Source of the DNA: Chiloscyllium plagiosum
Lineage: Eukaryota
Reading direction: 5' to 3'
Assembly (NCBI RefSeq): GCF_004010195.1
Contig: NW_025215169.1
Coordinates: 48,161 to 68,160 of the forward strand
Length of the DNA stretch: 20,000 nt
Shown: positions 17,001 through 20,000 of the stretch, piece after piece
Numbering within the stretch: the stretch's first letter is position 1
Layout: the number at the start of each line of letters is the position of its first letter
Translations under genes and position numbers: made by a program
The notes under the pieces: model-generated
What the model was told of the DNA's origin: nothing
What the model saw: the letters and a program-made list of their open reading frames with translations, nothing else
The model's database searches: none

Positions 17001-20000
17001 AGAATTACCGATGCTCGCTGACTCTCTGAGACACACTGTGACATTTATGACTCTCTGAAACACACTGTGACACTCTCTGACTCTCTCTGAGACAAACTGT
17101 GACACTCTCTGAGACACACTGTGACACGCTTTGACACACTGTGACACTTTCTGACTCTCTCTGACTCTCTGAGACACACTGTGACACTCTGTGACACTCT
17201 GTGACACTCTGTGACTCTCTCTGACACTCTGGAAAACACTGTGACACTCCGTCCCTCTCTGACACTCTCTGAGACACACGGTGACATTTATGACTCTCTG
17301 AAACACACTGTGACACTCTCTGACTCTCTCTGAGACAAACTGAGACTCTCTCTGACACTCTGAGATACACTACGAACGCTCTGTCACACTCTCTGAGAAA
17401 CACTGTCACACTCTTTGACAGACTGTGACAGATTTGGACACTTTCTAAGACACACGATGACACTCTCTGATGGACGGTGACACTCTCTGACTCTGGGTGA
17501 CATTTTCTGAGACACTGTGACACTCTCTGAGACACACTGTGAAACTCTCTGACTCTCTCTAATACTATCTTAGACACACTGAGACACTCTCAAAGACAGA
17601 CTGACACTTTCTGACTCTTTCTGACACTCTCCGAGGCACACGGTGACACTCTTTGACAGACTGTGACACACTGAGACACTCTCAAAGAAAGACTGTGACA
17701 CTTTCTGATTCTCTCTGACTCACTCTATAATATACTGTAGACCTGTCTGACAGACTGTGACACACTGTGACACTCTCTGAGACAGACTGTGACACCTTCT
17801 GGTTCTGGCTGACACTCTGAGACACACTGTGACACTCTTTGACAGACTGTGACACTCTGAGAAACACTGTGACAATTTCTGACTCACTCTAACACTGTGA
17901 GCCACACAGTGAAACTCTCTTAGACTCCCTGTGACCCTCTGTGACACTCTCTGAAAGGCCATGACACACTGAGACATTCTCAAAGACAGACTGTGACACT
18001 TTCTTACTCTCTCTGGCTCACTCTGAAATATACTGCAACCTTCTCTGACAGACTGTGACACACTGAGACACTCTCAAAGACAGACTGTGACTTTTTCTCA
18101 CTCTCTCTGGCTCACTGAAATATACTGTAACCTTTTCTGACAGACTGTGACACACTGTGACACTCAGAGACAGACTGTGACACTTTCTGACTCTCTCTGA
18201 AACACACTGTGACACGCTCAGAGATTCTGTGACACACTGTGACACACTATGACACTGTCTGCGACACACTGGGACCCTCTCTGATAATTTGAGACGCACT
18301 GTGACACTCTATGATCCTTACCGACACTCTCTGAGACACACTGTGACACTCTCTGACAGACTGTGCTACACTGTGACACTGTCTGAGACTCTCAGAGATT
18401 CACTGGGACCCTCTCGGACAATTTGAGACACACTGTGACACTCTCTGACAGACTGTGCTACACTGTGACACTGTCTGAGACTCTCAGAGATTCACTGGGA
18501 CCCTCTCGGACAATTTGAGACACACTGTGACACTCTCTGACAGACTGTGACACACTGTGACACATTCTGACACTCGCTGAGACATACTGGGACCCTCTCT
18601 GACTCCCTCTGATAATTTGAGACGCACTGTGACACTCTATGATCCTTACCGACACTCTCTGAGACACACTGTGTCACTCTCTGACAGACTGTGCTACACT
18701 GTGACACTGTCTAAGACTCTCAGAGCTTCACTGGGACCCTCTCGGACAATTTGAGATACACTGTGACACTCTCTGAGACAGACTGTGACACCTTCTGGCT
18801 CTGTCTGACTCTCTCTGACTCTCTCTGAGACTCTTTGACAGACTGTGACACTCTCTGACTCTCTCTGGGGCACACTATGACACTCTCTGACAGACTGTGA
18901 CACACTGAAACACACTCTGACTCACTCTGGCACTCTCTTAGACACACTGTGACACTCTCTGACTCTCGCTAACACTTTGAGACTCACTATGACACTCTCT
19001 GATCGTATCTGACACTCTCTGAGACACACTGTGACACTCTCTGACTCTCTCTGAAACACACTGTGACACACTCTGAGAAACTGTGACACATTGTGACACT
19101 CTCTAAGACTCTCTGAGGCACACTGGTACCCTCTCTGAGATTTTGAGATGCACTGTGACACTTTCTGATCCTACCCGACACACTCTGAGACACACTGTGA
19201 CGCTCTCTGACACTCTCTGAAAAGCACTGTGACACTCTCTGACAGACTGTGACACACTGTGACACTTTGAGACGTACTGTAACACTCTCTGTTCATATCC
19301 GACACTCTCTGAGACACACTGCCACAGTCTCTGTTCATATCTGACACTCTCTGAGACACAATGCCACCGTCTCTGTTCATATCTGACACTCTCTGACACA
19401 CACTGTAACACTCTCTGACTCTCTCTGAAACACTCTGTGACACGCTCTGACAGACTGTGACACACTGTGACACATTCTGACACTCGGTGAGACGCACTGG
19501 GACACTCTCTGACTCCCTCTGACAATTTGAGACGCACTGTGACACGCTCTGACAGACTGTGACACACTGTGACACATTCTGACACTCGCTGAGACACACT
19601 GGGGCACTCTCTGACTCCCTCTGACAATTTGAGACACACTGTGACACTCTCTGATCCTATCTAACACTCTCCGAGACACACTGTGACTCTCTCTTATCCT
19701 ATCTGGGATACTCTGTGACACTCTCTGATAGACTGTGACATACTGTGACACTCTCAAAGACAGACCGTGACACTTTCTGACTCCCTCTCACACCCTCTGA
19801 AATATACTAAAACGTTCTCTCACAGGCTGTGACCCACTATGACACTCCCTGAGACAGACTGTGACACACTCTGAGACACAATGTGATACAGTCTGACTCT
19901 CTCTGACATTCTCTGAGGCACAGCATGACACACTATGACACTCTCTGACTCTCTCTGAGACACACGATGCCACGTTCTTACAGATTTTGACACACTGTGA
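11099..20000. repeat. Complex low-complexity satellite (GACAC/CTCTCT/GAGACACA/CTGTGA modules) with higher-order duplications, running off the right edge
   Basis: Modules such as ctgtgacactctctgagacaca are continuous for ~9 kb. Rare landmark words recur: tagacc at 11301, 13350 and 17738; ctatctgggatac with gggatac at 14261, 14687, 16191 and 19705. Confidence 0.97.
16528..16815 (+). mobile_element. Near full-length HE1-type tRNA-derived V-SINE inserted in the satellite
   Basis: It has a Pol III A box TGGCACATTGG (16532-16542) and B box GAGTTCAAATCC (16575-16586). A V-domain-like segment follows (gtgtggagtttgcac...ccggtttcctcccacagtccaaag...gttaggtgaattggccatgctaaattgccc), and the tail matches the copy at 10884-11005. 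Confidence 0.9.

Noticed and set aside
11153..19973. Dozens of minus-strand Cys/His-rich ORFs (RECHSVSQ...) that look zinc-finger-like
   Set aside because: The composition is forced by S/W alternation, the ORFs are open in all three frames, and there is no C2H2 spacing or linker.

Overview
This is eukaryotic DNA, most likely from a shark or other cartilaginous fish (HE1/V-SINE copies), from a draft assembly with two N gaps. The only protein-coding gene I can support is the 5' part of TFPT (TCF3 fusion partner, INO80F/Amida) on the minus strand, with coding exons at 7417-7130 and 6657-6587; its later exons are not visible. Upstream lies a ~2 kb CpG-island promoter with about 25 CCAAT boxes, two oppositely oriented YY1 motifs and a possible divergent plus-strand first exon. 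The rest is repeat: a G-rich ~35-bp satellite (1-3750), a decayed CR1/L2-group LINE (3851-5460), a decayed Penelope-type repeat with a hammerhead-ribozyme core (~5480-5600), a 30/31-bp minisatellite (9611-10670), SINE copies, and a ~9 kb satellite built on strong/weak base alternation with higher-order repeats (11099-20000). Most ORF-track entries are repeat artefacts. I found no convincing new multi-gene system. The best leads are the duplicated TFPT exon end that forms a possible in-frame 33-nt microexon, the CCAAT-saturated promoter, the hammerhead remnant and the satellite architecture.
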